Source: Pristiophorus japonicus (taxonomy: Eukaryota). Taken from it: a stretch of 64,000 bases of DNA. Shown one piece after another: positions 50,006 to 64,000 of this stretch (position 1 is its first letter; each line of letters opens with the position of its first letter). The translations under genes were made by a program, and so were the position numbers. The notes beneath the pieces are model-generated. The model did no database searches, was not told where the DNA came from, and saw nothing but the letters and a program-made list of their open reading frames with translations. The stretch covers positions 85,684,001-85,748,000 of the forward strand of contig NC_091989.1 of NCBI RefSeq assembly GCF_044704955.1. Direction: 5' to 3'.

Positions 50006-50137
50006 TTATCGACCATCATAATTTCAATCTATTTTCCAAATCTACATTAGCCCCAACTCCCCATTCATACCAATGTAATTTGTTTCATTGAAGTTTAAGA
50101 CTCTAGTTTCAGATTTAAGCAATTCACTCTCAAACTT

Positions 50138-53100
50138 AGAACATAAGAACATAAGAATTAGGAATAGAAGTAGGCCGTCTAGCCCCTCGAGCCTGCTCCG
50201 CCACTGAAAAAGATCATGGCTGATCTGGCCGTGGACTCAGCTCCACTTATCCGCTCGCTCCCCATAACCCTTAATTCCCTTATTGGTTAAAAATCTATCC
50301 GTGATTTGAATACATTCAATGAGCTAGCCTCAACTGCTTCCCTGGGCAGAGAATTCCACAGATTCACAACCCTCTGGGAGAAGAAATTCCTTCTCAACTC
50401 GGTTTTAAATTGGCTTCCCCGTATTTTGAGGCTGTACCCCCTAGTTCTAGTCTCGCCGACCAGTGGAAACATCCTCTCTGCCTCTATCTTGTCTATCCAT
50501 TTCATTACTTTAAATGTTTCTGTAAGATCACCCCTCATTCTTCTGAACTCCAACGAGTAAAGACCCAGCCTACTCAATCTATCATCATAAGATAACCCCC
50601 TCATCTCCGGAATCAACCTAGTGAATCATCTCTGTACCCCCTATAAAGCTAGTATATCCTTCCTTAAGTAAGGTGACCAAAACTGCACGCAGTACTCCAG
50701 GTGCGGCCTCACCAATACCCTATACAGTTGCAGAAGGACCTCCCTGCTTTTGTACTCCATCCCTCTCGCAATGAAGGCCAACATTCCATTCGCCTTCTTG
50801 ATTACCCGCTGCATGTGCAAACTAACTTTTTGAGATTCACGTACAAGGACCCCCAGGTCCCGCTGCACCGCAGCATGATGTAATTTCTCTCCATTCAAAT
50901 AATATTCCCTTTTACTGTTTTTTTTTTCCAAGGTCGATGACCTCACATTTTCCGACATTGTATTCCATCTGCCAAAACTTAGCCCATTCGCTTAACGTAT
51001 CTAATTCTCTTTTCAGCCTCTCTGTGTCCTCCAGACAACCGCTTTCTCACTAATCTTTGTGTCATCTGCAAATTGTGATACAGTACACTCTGTCCCCTTT
51101 TCTAGGTCATCTATCTATATTGTAAACCGTTCTGGTCGCAGCACCGATCCCTGTGGCACACCACTAACCATCGGTTTCCAACCCGAAAAGGACCCATTTA
51201 TCCCGACTCTCTGCTTTCTGTTAGCCAGCCAATTCTCTATCCATGCTAATACATTTCCTCTGACTCCGCGTACCTTTATCTTCTGCAGTAACCTTTTGTG
51301 TGGCACCTTATCGAATGCCTTTTGGAAATCTAAATACACCACATCCATCGGTACACCTCTATCCACCATGCTCGTTATATCCTCAAAGAATTTCGGTAAA
51401 TTAGTTAAACATGATTTCTCCTTCATGAATCCATGTTGTGTCTGCTTGATTGCACTATTCCTATCAAGATGTCCTGCTATTTCTTCCTTAATGATAGCTT
51501 CAAGCATTTTCCCCACTACAGATGTTAAACTAACCGGCCTATAGTTACCTGTCTTTTGTCTGCCCCCTTTTTTAAACAGAGGTGTTACATTAGCTGTTTT
51601 CCAATTCGATGGTACCTCCCCAGAGTCCAAATAATTTTGGTAGATTATAACGAATGCATCTGCTATAACTTCTGCCATATCTTTTAATACCCTGGGATGC
51701 ATTTCATCAGGACCAGTGGACTTGTCTACCTTGAGATCCATTAGCCTGTCCAGCACTACCTCCCTAGTGATAGTGATTGTCTCAAGGTCCTCCCTTCCCA
51801 CATTCCCGTGACCAGCAATTTTTGGCATGGTTTTTGTGTCTTCCACTGTGAAGACCGAAGCAAAATAATTGTTTAGGGTCTCAGCCATTTCCACATTTCC
51901 CATTATTAAATCCCTCTTCTCAACTTCTAAGGGACCAACATTTACTTTAGTCACTCTTTTCCATTTTATATATCTGTAAAAGCTTTTACTATCTGTTTGT
52001 ATGTATTGCGCAAGTTTACTTTTGTAATCTATCTTTCCTTTCTTTATTGCTTTCTTAGACATTCTTTGCTGCCGTTTAAAATTTTCCCAATCTTCTTGTT
52101 TTCCACTAACCTTGGCCACCTTATACGCATTGGTTTTTAATTTGGTACTCCCCTTTATTTCCTTGGCTCTCCACGGCTGGTTATCCCTTCTCTTACCGCC
52201 CTTCTTTTTCACTGGAATATATTTTTGTTGAGCACTATGAAAGAGCTCCTTAAAAGTCCTCCACTGTTCCTCAATTGTGCCACTGTTTAGTCTGTGTTCC
52301 CAGTCTACTTTAGCCAACTCTGCCCTCACCCCACTGAAGTCCCCTTTGTTTAAGCATAGTACGCTCGTTTGAGACACTGCTTCCTCACCCTCAATCTGTA
52401 TTACAAATTCCACCATACTGTGATCACTCATTCCGAGAGGATCTTTTACTAGGAGATCATTTATTATTCCTGTCTCATTACACAGGACCTGATCTAAGAT
52501 AGCTTGCTCCCTTGTAGGTTCTGTATCATACTGTTCTAAGAAACAATCCCGTATTCATTCTATGAATTCCTCCTCAAGGCTACCCTGTGCGATTTGATTT
52601 GACCAATCGATATATATGTTGAAATCCCCCATGGTTACTGCCATTCCTTTTTCACATGCCTCCATTATTCCCTTGATTATTGTCCGCCCCACCGTGAAGT
52701 TATTATTTGGGGGCCTATAAACTATGCCCACCATTGACGTTTTCCCTTACTATCTCTAATCTCCACCCACAATGATTCAACATTTTGTTCATTAGAGCCA
52801 ATATCGTCTCTCATAACTGCCCTGATATCATCCTTTATTAACAGAGCTACCCCACCTCCTTTCCCTGTTTGTCTATCTTTCCAAATTGTCTGTTTAATTC
52901 CCCTGTATGTTTAATTCCCAGTCTTGGCCACCCTGCAACCACGTATTTGTAATGGCCAGCAAATCATACCCATTTGTAATGATTTGTGCCGTCAACTCAT
53001 TTACTTTGATTCGAATGCGTATAGGTAAAGTGTTTTAGTACTAGTTTTTAAAACATGATTTTTAGTTTTGACCCCTCCTGCAGCCTCTTTATATTCATAC

Positions 53101-53860
53101 ATATTGTCCATTCCTATCTCCTTGTGGTTTACACATACTCCAGTTCTACTCTGCTCTTTTGCCTCCTGCCTTTTGCATCCTTTCTTGGGGTTCTGTTCAT
53201 CTGAGCTCTCACCCACTCTAACTAGCTCAGAGCTCTCTCCTGGGTTCCCATCCCCCTGCCAAGCTAGTTTAAAGCCCTCCCAACCGCACTATCAAAACCA
53301 CCCGCATGAACATTGGTCCCGTCTCTGTTGAGGTGTAAACTGTCCGACTTGTACAGGTCCCACCTACTCCAGAAGCGGTCCTAATTGTTCAGGAATCTAA
53401 AGCCCTCCCTTCTATACCAATGCCCCAGCCACGTATTTATCTGACTCGCCTTCCTATTTCTATCCTCATTAGTACGTGGCACTGGCAGTAATCCCGACAT
53501 TACCACCTTTGAGGTCCTGGCTTTCAATCTTACTCCTATCTCCCTAAACGCAGCTTTCAGGACCTCACCCCTCTTTCTACCTTGTCGTTGGTACCAATGT
53601 GGACCACAACCACTGGCTGTTCCCCTTCACTCCCCAGAATGTCCTGCAGTCGCTCAGTGACATCATTGACCCTTGCACCAGGGAGGCAACACACCATCCT
53701 GATGTCACTTTTGCTGCCGCAGAAGTGCCTATCTGCTCCCCTAACTATTGAATCTCCTATCACTATCGCCCTTCCCGTCTTCTTCCACCGCCCCCCCCCC
53801 CTTGTGCAGCTGAGCCACGCACGGTGCTGTGGACTTGGCCCTGGCTGCACTCCCCAGAGG
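50138..53860 (-). mobile_element. Long CR1 (ORF1 esterase remnant plus broken ORF2), second subfamily with (TTCTTATG)n tail
   Basis: ORFs 53557-53850 (IGDSIVRG..HIGTND), 51115-52431 (RT N-terminal half), 50641-50958 and 50287-50616. Confidence 0.95.
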
Positions 53861-54209
53861 CATCACCGCCCTTAAAATGAAATTGTAGCATATTATGCTC
53901 ACTCTGGCACAGAGCATCCTTTATCGTGATATTTCTGATTAACTCTGCCTCGTTACTCAAAAGACTATGTAATATAACATGTTCCCTGATTGGTTCCATG
54001 ATCTATTGTTCATTGAAACAGAGTCGAATGCATTCCATGAATTCTTTCTCCAGACTACCTTAACAATTTGATTTGTCCAATCTATATAAACATTTAAGTC
54101 CATCAAAGTTATTACCTTTGTTACAAGCTCCTAATATTTGTACATTAATATCATTTACAATGCTGTAGCTACTGTTAGAGGGTATATATTGTATTCTCAT
54201 CATTCTTTT

Positions 54210-55885
54210 GTCGGGTGAGTCGGGATAAATGGGTTATTTTCCTGTTGGCATACAGTGACTAGTGGGGTGCCTCAGGGATCGGTGCTGGGTCCTCAACTAT
54301 TTACAATTTATAATAATGACTTGGATGATAGTCCCGAATGTAATGTAGCCAAGTTTGTTGATGATACAAAGATGGGTGGGAGAGCAAATTGTGAGGAGGG
54401 CATATTGAATCTGCAAAGGGATATAGACAGGCTGAGTGAGTGGGCAAACATTTGGAAGATGGAGTATAATGTAGGAAAATATGAGGTTATCCACTTTCAC
54501 AGAAATAATAGAAAAGCAAATTATAATTTAAATGTAGAAAAATTGCAAAGCAGTGCAGTACAGAGAGACATCAAAGTCCTTGTGCATGAAACACAAAAAG
54601 TTAGTCTGCAGATACAGCAATAATTAGGAAGGCAAATGGAATGTTGGACTTTATTGCAAGAGGAATAGAGTATAAAAGCAGAAAGGTCCTCCTATAATTG
54701 TACAATCGACTGGTGAGGCCACATCTGGATTACTGCTTACAGTTTTGGTCTCTGTATTTAAGGAAGGATATACTTGCATTGGAAGCTGTTCAGAGACGTT
54801 TCATTCGGTTATTCCGTTGAAGAGGGGATTGATTTTTTAGGATAGGTTGAGTAGGGTGGGCCTATGCACATTGGAGTTCAGAAGAATGAGAGTTGATCGT
54901 ATTGAAACTTATAAGATAATAAGGGGGCACAATAAGGTGGATACAGATAGCATATTTCCACTCGTCGGGGAAACTAAAACTGGGGGATATAGGCCTAGAC
55001 TTTCCCTAAAGGTCCTCAATGCCCGATTGTCTGTTGAGAAGAACCGCTAACATTTGGCGAAGAAATCTGGTGAGAATTTAATCGCCCTGCGAGAAGGTGG
55101 GCCTTGCACACTCATTTTCGGCCGTTTTCTCAGCGGGTAAGTGGAAAGTTAGCAACATGGCCGATCCTTACCAGAATGGACGGTAAGTAAGGAAATGTTG
55201 CCCGAAGCTGTGGTTGGGGCTAGGGAGGTGGGAAAATTAAAAAATACAATTGTTAAAAAAAATGTACAGCGCAATCGCAAGACAGCTTTTTACCTACTCG
55301 CTATGTTAACATTTTTTTTTAAATCATAAAAGAACCTGTAATTTAACTTTCTTTGCAGGGTCCCACACCCTTACCACCCTCTAAAAGCAGCTTTAACATG
55401 GTAGTTCTCTCAATGATCTGGACGTCAGCGGTTTAGGCCAAATTTATGCCTTTGCGGTTGTTCTCGGCATTGCACGTGGGCAGTTTTCTCCCGGGGAGCA
55501 ACTTCAGATGTGTGCGATAACAAGGCAGAAAAAACGTGGAAACTGTCGCCAGGTAGAACACCAGCTTTACTGCCAAGAAATCGCTGACAATGAAGTTGAA
55601 AAGAACAAGTGGCCGCCCATTCATAACTGAGATGAGGAGAAATGCCTTCACTCAGAGGGTTGTAAATCTATGGAATTCTTTTCCCCAGAGTGTTGTGGAG
55701 GCTGGGTCATTGAATATATTTAACGCAGAGTTGGATAGATTTTTGAGCGATAAGGGAGTAAAGGGTTATGGGGAGTGGGCATGGAAGTGCAGCTGAGTTC
55801 ATGATCAGATCAACCATATTCTTATTCAGTGGCTTGAGGGACCAAATTCCTGTTCCTATTTCTTATGTTTTTCTGTTCTTATGTT
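54210..55885 (+). mobile_element. CR1 3' fragment interrupted by an unrelated ~600-bp insertion (~54990-55600)
   Basis: SGVPQGSVLGPQLF..FVDDTK; stops at GGGGATATAG and resumes at AAGTGGCCGCCCATTCATAACTGAG. Confidence 0.8.
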
Positions 55886-55889
55886 CACC

Positions 55890-56950
55890 ATTCTTTTCTG
55901 GCACGGTATTCCTTGTATCTACCCGCACTGATTTTAGTTCCTGACTTTCTGAGCCAAGATACTTTCTCACTAATCTCCTTTTGTCAATCCTTTATTATCA
56001 GGGCTACCTTCACAATTTCCATTCTGCCTGTGTTTTCGAAACGTCAACTATCATGGAATATTTAATTCCCAATCTCGCTCACCTTGCAACTTTGTCTCTG
56101 TAATGGCTATTAGATCAAATTCGTTTGTCTCTATTTTTGCCAGTAGTTCTTCAATCTTGTTATGAATGCTTCATGCATTCAGTGAAAGAACCATTAATTT
56201 TATTTTTTCACCAATATTTCCTGCTTCGACCTTATTCGCTGAAATATTATTAAATTTTAGCGCTCAGTCCCTTCCTGTCACACTCTCTTTATATTTACCC
56301 AAATCGCTGCACTGCTCTGTTACCTTGACTTTTTTCTGTAGATTCCGAAACTTCTCCTCACGTGTCCCTTCACCCTTTTGTAGTTTAAATCCCTATCTAG
56401 ATCCCTAGTTATTCAATATGATAGGACTCTGATCTCAGTCCGGATTAAGTGTAGCTTCCCCCCCCCACCTCCCTCTCCCCGCACCACCATGCCAATGGAA
56501 CAGAGCACTCTTTCTTCAGTACTGTTGCCACTGCCCCGTGATTCAAAACCGCTTGCTCCCACTCGACGTTTTGAGACATGCATCTATGATCTGCTTGATC
56601 CTATGCTAAGTTGCATGTGGTTTGCGTAGTAATCCAATGATAATTATCCTTCAGCCTCTTATTAAATATGAACCTAATTCCTAAAACTTCTTAACAGAAT
56701 CTAATTCTTAGTTCTACCTATGTCATTCGTTCTTACATGGACCACGACAATTATTTTCCTGTAGTGAGGAGCTATAGTTAATCCTGGCAGCGGGCAGATA
56801 GCACAGCCTTTGGAACTCTCTACCCCGGCTGCAGAGAATAGTATCTATCCCCATGACTATATTGTCCCCGACTGCGACATCATTCCTTTCTTCTCCCCCA
56901 TTTGGATTGTCCCCTGATCCAAGGTGCTTTGTTCATTTTTCCAATCAGTC
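55890..56950 (-). mobile_element. Old CR1 ORF1/ORF2-junction remnant
   Basis: Weak similarity to 52800-53770 (e.g. ATCTATCCCCATGACTAT..TCCCCGACT, the esterase GDS region). Confidence 0.55.
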
Positions 56951-57599
56951 CTGCAGTCAATGTTCTCATCTGTACAGGCAGCAAGTAAGCCGTTCCTGTT
57001 GGCAGCGCCTCCTGAACCTCCCGGGCAATTTCCCGAGAGATGGAACCGCCCCATTCCCCTGTCGAAAACTGTCTTGATAGTGCTCCGCAGAGGCCTTAAC
57101 GGGGCTATAAAAAGGAGCAATTTTGCCCCTCTATACTCACCAACCAAACATCTAACTTCTGTCCTGCGAAGTCACTTCTTGTTTTTTAAATGTTTCTGAA
57201 TTCGCCCAATAATTATCCCAATGCTGCTCAACCCACTCTTGCCTAGGCCTTTACTATCGCTTTATTTATGCTGCAGATCCTCCTCCTGCTTGAGCTGAGG
57301 TCCACTCGATGTGAGGCGATTCATCGCGCTCTCTTTATGCTACCGCTACTATTCCTGCTGCCGCTGAGGTAAGCTCTCTCCTTGTCCTTTTCTCTGGCTT
57401 TACTTATGCCTGTGCGCCTCCACCTGCTGCCTCAGCTCCACTCAAACCCTCTTTCACTCACTTGCTTCATGCAACGCACTTATAAATATGCATATGATGC
57501 CAACATATGTGCGAATATTAGTACTGTAGAATATGCAGATGTGAATGTGCTGGGAGCTTGTGTGCAAGATTCAAAAATGATGTTTTATTTGAATAGTGC

Positions 57600-58520
57600 A
57601 GTATTATGCAAGTGCTAAGGCCAAATGCTCAACAGTCCTACAGGATCCAGGGGAGGGCATTAAAGATGGTGGCGATAGAAAGAGATTTGGCCATTTTAGT
57701 GCATACATCCTTAAAGATACACGAGTTTTGCCAGGCAGCGATAGCTGGAGCAAATAGAGTGTTGGGATGTATCCATGGGACAATTGGTGATATGAAAAAT
57801 CGTACTGTTTTATCCTCGTACAATACATTAGTCAGGCGCACTTGGAATACTGTGTCCAGTTTCGGTCTCCTCACATGTTGGTTCCTATTATGGCACGCGA
57901 GTTGGTGTAGAGGAGGGCCACTGGACTACTTCCAAGACTCAAGAATCTTAGCTTGCAAGATATGCTAAAACAGATGGTTCTTTTACCTTAGAGCAACATA
58001 GATTTGGTCGCGATCTAATTTAGGTTTATAAGACAATGACTGGAATAAACGGTGTTTCAGCTGACAGTTTATTTCAATTAAATAAATTCGGCAGCACCAG
58101 GGATCACAAACTTATGTTGTAGAGGGCTCGATCTAGAATAGACGCCAGGAGGTGGTTCTAGCTGCAGAGAATATTAGACCTCTGGAGCAAGCTTCCATAT
58201 CATGTGGTTGGTGCAGGCTCGCTGAATTCCTTTAAGCAAAAGCTGGATTTGTTTCTCTGCTGCAGCGGAGATCACCTCTTAAAGAAGTTCGGTACTGCAG
58301 GAAATTCACGGTCAAAGTGATCTACTAAACTATTTACGATGGGTCGGAGATGAATATAATTTTTTATTTTCCAAAAGTGGCCTTTTTTTGTGTTTTTTTG
58401 TGACTCCCAGGGGATCACAAGGTTTCTGGTCGGGTGGAGTTTATTTGTGATGATACACAAGGTATCACAATTGTAGGGGATAGGCAGGATGGACCACATG
58501 GTCATTATCTGTCCATCATT
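57600..58520 (+). mobile_element. Old CR1-group 3' fragment
   Basis: ERDLAILVH..ANRVLGCI..LSSYNTLVR..; remnant of the FSQR...WN block. Confidence 0.7.
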
Positions 58521-60079
58521 TTTCGTATTGGTATTGGTATTTAAATCATGAAATACGACTTAAATATGAATTGTGAAAAGCCGAGCCATCAGTACAGATT
58601 TTGGGGCATACTATAGTTATATCCCAGGAATAAGCAAACGTTTCCTTTCGATCAAGTCACAGTTGCCTGCATCGAAACAAAGTCCTAGCCCATGTCACAA
58701 GGGTCTGTGCAATTTTGTGCACTTTAATTTTTCCTAGTTATCCCTTGAGCGGAATCTTATCAAATGATAATGCTTAAATAATAAAACAAAGTCAATTATC
58801 AAAATGTGAAACTTTCAATATATTAGTTATTCTATTTCAAACTTAATGGAGTCATCGCTGTAACCACGAAGAGGAATTTGTGAGTATTCTATCGCTGAAA
58901 CATGTGCTGCATTCCCAGAAAAACAGCGAATGATGCATGAGCATTATGTCAGCTTCCCAACTCGGAAAAGATAATTAAATATTAATTTACTGAGATAAAA
59001 TGTCCGGTCGATTTACTGCTAGTCTTTAAAAAGATTCTGGTTGAGACCTTTCAAAGCAGACCAAGTGTTATGTTGTTTTAAATTCTGATTGTGTTCCCAG
59101 TGATCCGCAGTAACCGTGGATGAATAGCAGTGGCAGCTGCGGAAAACAATGTAAATTATGTTTCTTTACCACGGTTTCTGCAACTTTCCGTGGGTGTTTG
59201 ATTAACACATAGAGCAAGTGAAAAACATGAGAGAAAGAAAAAGTAAAAACAAAATTGTATCAATATTTTAATTTTTTTAAATCCCTAATAATTATCTGAA
59301 GGAATGAGACTCCACCTTTGTTAAAGTCAATTTTCAGTGCCTTTTGGCAGCAATTAAGATTTTCCACGCAGTTTAACGAGAATTGCACTGGAATAGACAA
59401 GCCCGAAGTATTTCTGGCGAGATTAGTGATAATACATCAAGTAAGTACAGAAACATCACACTGTTCCATATATTTAATTGGAGAGACTTTCCGCAAGATG
59501 CCATTATTATGCAGCTTCTGCGTAGGCAATTCTTTTTGGACTGCGACATCCTCATTTACATATATGGGGTCGCTGGAAGTTGCTCTCTGAATTACATTTT
59601 AGTAAAGGTGAGCGCTCTTTGCCTCACCGTTATTTTTACTGCTAAATCCGGCCCCTCTCTGAATCGAACATGATTCACTCACTACTTTTTACACCGGCAG
59701 ACACCCTCTGTTCTGGAACTTTAGACTAGTATTGCATGCGTGTTGTGGTGCTGACAAAGATTGGATTACTGTTAATACTGGACTCCAACGAGGAAACGGA
59801 ATGAGGCCCTAAAATATTGAAATAGCTCCTTTCAATCTTCCAATCCAGCTTTGCAAGGATGTCCACAATCTACAATAATAACATTATGCAGTACATGTGG
59901 AGGAAATGCAGTCCATCAAACCTGTGCCAGCTCTTAAGAGCCATGCAATTAGTCACACTGCTTAAAAAAAGTCTCCTATCTCGACACTGGTTCTTTTGCC
60001 ACTCGCGTGAAATGTGTTTTCTCTGGTTAACGTTCCCAGTGCCACTAGAATTGGCTCTTCGTTATTTTCACTATCAAAA

Positions 60080-62050
60080 CCCATTTTAAACGCCTCTCTT
60101 CAATCTCCCATAAATCTTCTCTATTCTAAGGAGAACAATTCCAGCTTTTCTAGTCTCTGCGCATGACTAAAATACTTCATCCTGGTAAAGTCCTGTGTGC
60201 ACGCTTCTTCATCCTTGCTGAAGCCTTGAAGTGTATGATCCAGAACTGGGCACAATATTCCAGCTACAGCCTATCCAGTGATTTATAATGGTTTGCATAA
60301 TTTCCTTGCTTTTGTACTCTATGCCTCTATTTATAAAGCTAATGATCCCTTATGCTTTTTACCAGAATTATCTACTTGTCCTGTCAACTTCAAATATTTA
60401 AATATTTAAGACTCCAGGTCTCTCTTTTTTGGCATATTGTTTATACATTTACCATTTCATTTACATGGCTTTGCCTCAGTCTTCTTCATAAAATGCATCA
60501 CTTCATATATCTGTGTTAAATTTCATCTGGCATGTGTGTGCCTAATTCACCAGTCTTTATATGACCACATTACGTCCTATCATTCTTATTCTTTACTAAA
60601 TTTCGAAGTTGTATATCATCGGAAAAATTTGAAATTATGCCCCCTTTAACCAAGTCAAGTTCATTAAAATATATATCAAAAAGATCAGTGTCTCTAGCAT
60701 GACCCCTGGCTATAGTTTATTCTATGTTGATTTATCAAACGCCTTTTCAAAGTTCATACGGGAAGCATAAACTTCACGAGATTAATCTTACATCTTAGTT
60801 ATTTCACCCTCGATCGCACGCAAATTAGTCAGATTGATTTACTTTAATAAACTCATGTTCACTTTCTTTTATTAACCCATATCTTTCCAAGTGGAAATTA
60901 TTTTGAAAGGGATTATGGTCTCTAGTTACAAGATTTATCGCTCTACCCTTTTTGACCAGGGATTTAATGGTTGCTATCCCTCCAGTTCTCTGACATCGCT
61001 CTGATATCCAAACAGGATTGAACTATTGTGGCTAGAGCTTCCCTCAACCACGTATGACGCATCTTGTACACACCTGTTGGCAGAGGTAAATCTGTGGAAT
61101 TCTCTGCACCAGAAAGCTGTTGAGGCTGTGTCAATGACTATATTTAAGGCGGAGATCGACAGATTTCTGATTGAGAAGGCAATAAAGAGTTATGGTGAGC
61201 GGGCAAGGAAGTGCAGCGCAGCGCATGATCAGATCAGCCATCATCTTATTAAACAGTGGAGCAGGCTCGAGGGGACAAATGGCTTACTCCTGCTCATAGT
61301 TCTTATGTTCTTATTTGCAATGTGTACGCTGCCAAACATTTACTAGATAGCTTTTATCTCTTATTATCCGGCCCATTTCGCCGATCATTCAATCTTCACT
61401 GTAATATTGGCACAATCCTCCTATTTTCTGAAGACAAATGCAAATAACTCATCCAAAACCTCAGCAATGCCCTCTATCTCCACAACGAATAACATGTTTG
61501 GTCTCTAATCATCGACATCCTTTGATTTCCACAGTCATTTTAACATTTATACATTTTAATGCTTTTTTTATGTTATCCAATTATCTTTTTTCATTTACTC
61601 GCTTTGCCCTCATGTTTAATTTTTCAGTTCGTCCCCGCAATTTTTATATTCTGCCACAAACATTACTGTATAATAAACACTTTAATCTCAAGTAAAGTAG
61701 TCATCCATGTCCTTCCTTTCTACCACAAAGGAATGTATTTAGTCTGTACCAGAATTATCTCGTCCTTGCTGGACCCCTCGTTGTTCATTTAATGTTTTGT
61801 TTCTATCTGCTAATGTTTGTTTCCAATCCATCTGGACCAATTTCCATTTCAACCGATTGAAATTAGCTCTCTTTCTGTTGAGTTTATTCATCTGTGATTG
61901 TGTCCTTTCCATTTCCTTAACTGCTGTAAAAGAAATTATATTGAGCACTTGCTTCCTAGATGCTTTCATACTAAAACATGACCACTCCATTTCCCAGAAT
62001 AAGATCCAGCAGTGCTTCGTTCATGAATGGGCTTTAAATATACTGATCAG
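60080..62050. mobile_element. Highly decayed CR1 fragments (mostly minus; plus-strand 3' end at 61085-61310)
   Basis: VNLWNSLHQKAVEA..FKAEIDRFL on the plus strand; LNRKRANFNRLK..L.QMDW on the minus strand. Confidence 0.65.
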
Positions 62051-63404
62051 TTCTCATACTTTTCTTAATTTTTCAGAAAATATTAGGATAATGTAATCGT
62101 CAAATTATCTCTAAACTCTTATTGCTATCTTTCTCTGAAATGTGGGGAAGGATTCACATTAGTCGCACCAATCCACATCTACGGGGCAAAGTTGATCACT
62201 TGCACCTCTACCACTTATTCTGGCATAGAGCCTATTGGTAGCTTATTAACATAACGCGGGAATTGTGTACTCTTAAATAGATAAACAGCCGTTACATTGT
62301 TTCCATTCGTAACTTAGCTGAGTAGTTAATTGCCCTGGCGAATACGTCCGTGCATCAGAATGTCAGAAAGATGCACGGTACTGTGTGAAATTACGTTTTA
62401 CCAAGAAGGGAAACCGATGAAGCAGCACCTCTTTAGCAGCAATGTCGAGCCAATCCACGAGGAATTGTTACTAACGGAATGCTGCCTCGCTATCATTGTT
62501 ATGTTGTCTGCACTGGCGTGAACGTATTTCCTTTCCACAGAGTAGGTCGATTGCTTATAAGGGTATTTAATGTGGAGAGCCTGAGTGTCAACAACTCGCA
62601 CAGATCTGAAAGATATTCTGCATTGTAAGGCTTCATGGCGAATGCATCTACTAACGTTGACATTTTGTCACCAGCTACTGCTCCCATTGTTATATCAGCA
62701 CCGAGTCAATATATTCCAGATCATTTGGAATTAGGGTGACACAGACAACAGCGCACAGAGTCCGTAACCACTCTGAATTGATCTGTGGTGTGAGGAAGAA
62801 ATAAAAGATAGATTTCTGTAAATCGATCGAATAAAAACATATATTTGTTTCGTTGTGATCGAATTCCTTCTTAAAGTGTATAGTCTAGAACAGAATAACC
62901 ACTTGTGTTGACGAGTTTATGTTCTGACAAACTTCAATATTAAAACAGCCCTAACCCAAACCCTTTCACATGTTAGTTTAGTGATAATGCTGAGTACCTG
63001 CTCCTTGTTACCAAAGGAAACAATTAATAACAAGACTCCCCATCAGAATCCCTCAAAAATTATCAACGGCTCTCTTAGCTGCTCGTTATTCTTCGCTGTT
63101 CCGCTGAAGAAAGGCTCAGCTAAATCGTTATATTTTGGGCCAATCTCTAAACACTCATAACCTTAATTAATCTGTACTGTGTCCTTTTACTGGCAACAAA
63201 ATGCATTTCTACAAAGTGATGCATAGAACAGCATGCAATGCTCAAACTAACGCGCAAATATTGTACTATTATTGTAATTCTAGCAGGAATAAAACCACGA
63301 ATCGCATGCCTATCTATGGCATTTTCTCTAACTGCAGTTCTCAATAATATATGCGAAAGTAGAACTCGATGGACACACACACTTCCTGTATGTTCCACTA
63401 CTGC

Positions 63405-64000
63405 ATGACATTTAAACATTTAACCACAATTTGATTTTCAAAGATATTTTGTTAATAGAATAATAGTAATGTTTATACAACTTAACATCTTACATTGAGT
63501 TGCCATCAATTTAACATTATTCCATTAAACAATTGCGGTGTGGTATTTACACTCAACGTACATGAACAAACACAATTTAATGGCTGTGTGATGCAATGGG
63601 CCTTGCCTGAACCACGAGAAACATCTTCACAACAGCGTATTGTGCAACATGTCTTTTCCGTCAAACTGGCCTCAAGTTAACATGTGCAACTCTTTCTACT
63701 CGGTGTTTCATACTTTTGCTCGATTACAGAAATTTTTATTTGATAAGTTGATCGTTAAAAAATGTGCAGATTTGCTATTTTTGTACATATTATTGGTAAA
63801 CTTCAGAATCGCTATTGCTTTTTAGAGCAAATAACAAAACATACCAAATATTCATTCAATATGTGCGCGCCAATTCATTACTCAGGTCAGCTCAGCTATT
63901 AGTGCCGTTTTGGCTGATTATATGAAGTAATAGACTGGAGCCACCGCTGATACACTGCAGCATTCGCCTTCTGTGGCCCGAGTCATATAGTGACCGATCT
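63405..64000 (+). promoter_or_regulatory. Paralogue of the region upstream of copy 1's leader exon (2225-2820)
   Basis: Collinear blocks: TTTGATT.T.AAAGATATT.TGTTAATAG; GCTGTGTGAT.C.ATGGG; CATGTGCAACTCTTTC.ACTCGG; ATATTATT.GTAAACT.CAGAATCGCTA; GTCAGCT.AGC.ATTAG; CTTCTGTG...GTCATAT. Confidence 0.7.

Overview
Vertebrate genomic DNA, most likely from a cartilaginous fish (inferred from the CR1 LINE families with (CTATGTTT)n tails, the SINE tails and the 5S variant). Much of it is transposon-derived. Between the repeats lies a tandem cluster of a non-rearranging Ig-superfamily receptor on the + strand with the layout leader / V domain with a built-in J-like G strand / C1 domain / TM / three cytoplasmic exons carrying four tyrosine motifs (SIRP-like V-C1-ITIM layout). 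Copy 1 (2940-16565) has phase-compatible open exons but a TTG start, non-canonical V cysteines, an Arg in the TM and a stop after the first ITIM. Copy 2 (26504-43400) is more damaged, has a duplicated C1 exon, and independently stops after the first ITIM. The last ~600 bp match the sequence upstream of copy 1's leader, predicting a third paralogue just beyond the window. The most unusual element is a ~1.5 kb non-autonomous retroelement made of a complete 5S rRNA head fused to the 3' part of a Tx1-clade LINE. It has inserted repeatedly at one 15-bp target (TGATTATCAATACAA) upstream of the C1 exon in both paralogues, forming stacked arrays; one array is flanked by a ~590-bp direct repeat containing the whole C1 exon. 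Also present: a nearly intact CR1 (6955-11305), a decayed Gypsy element with LTRs and a 5-bp TSD (35259-39558), a decayed 28S rRNA fragment and many CR1/L2/SINE fragments. All calls come from reading by eye; no database search was run.
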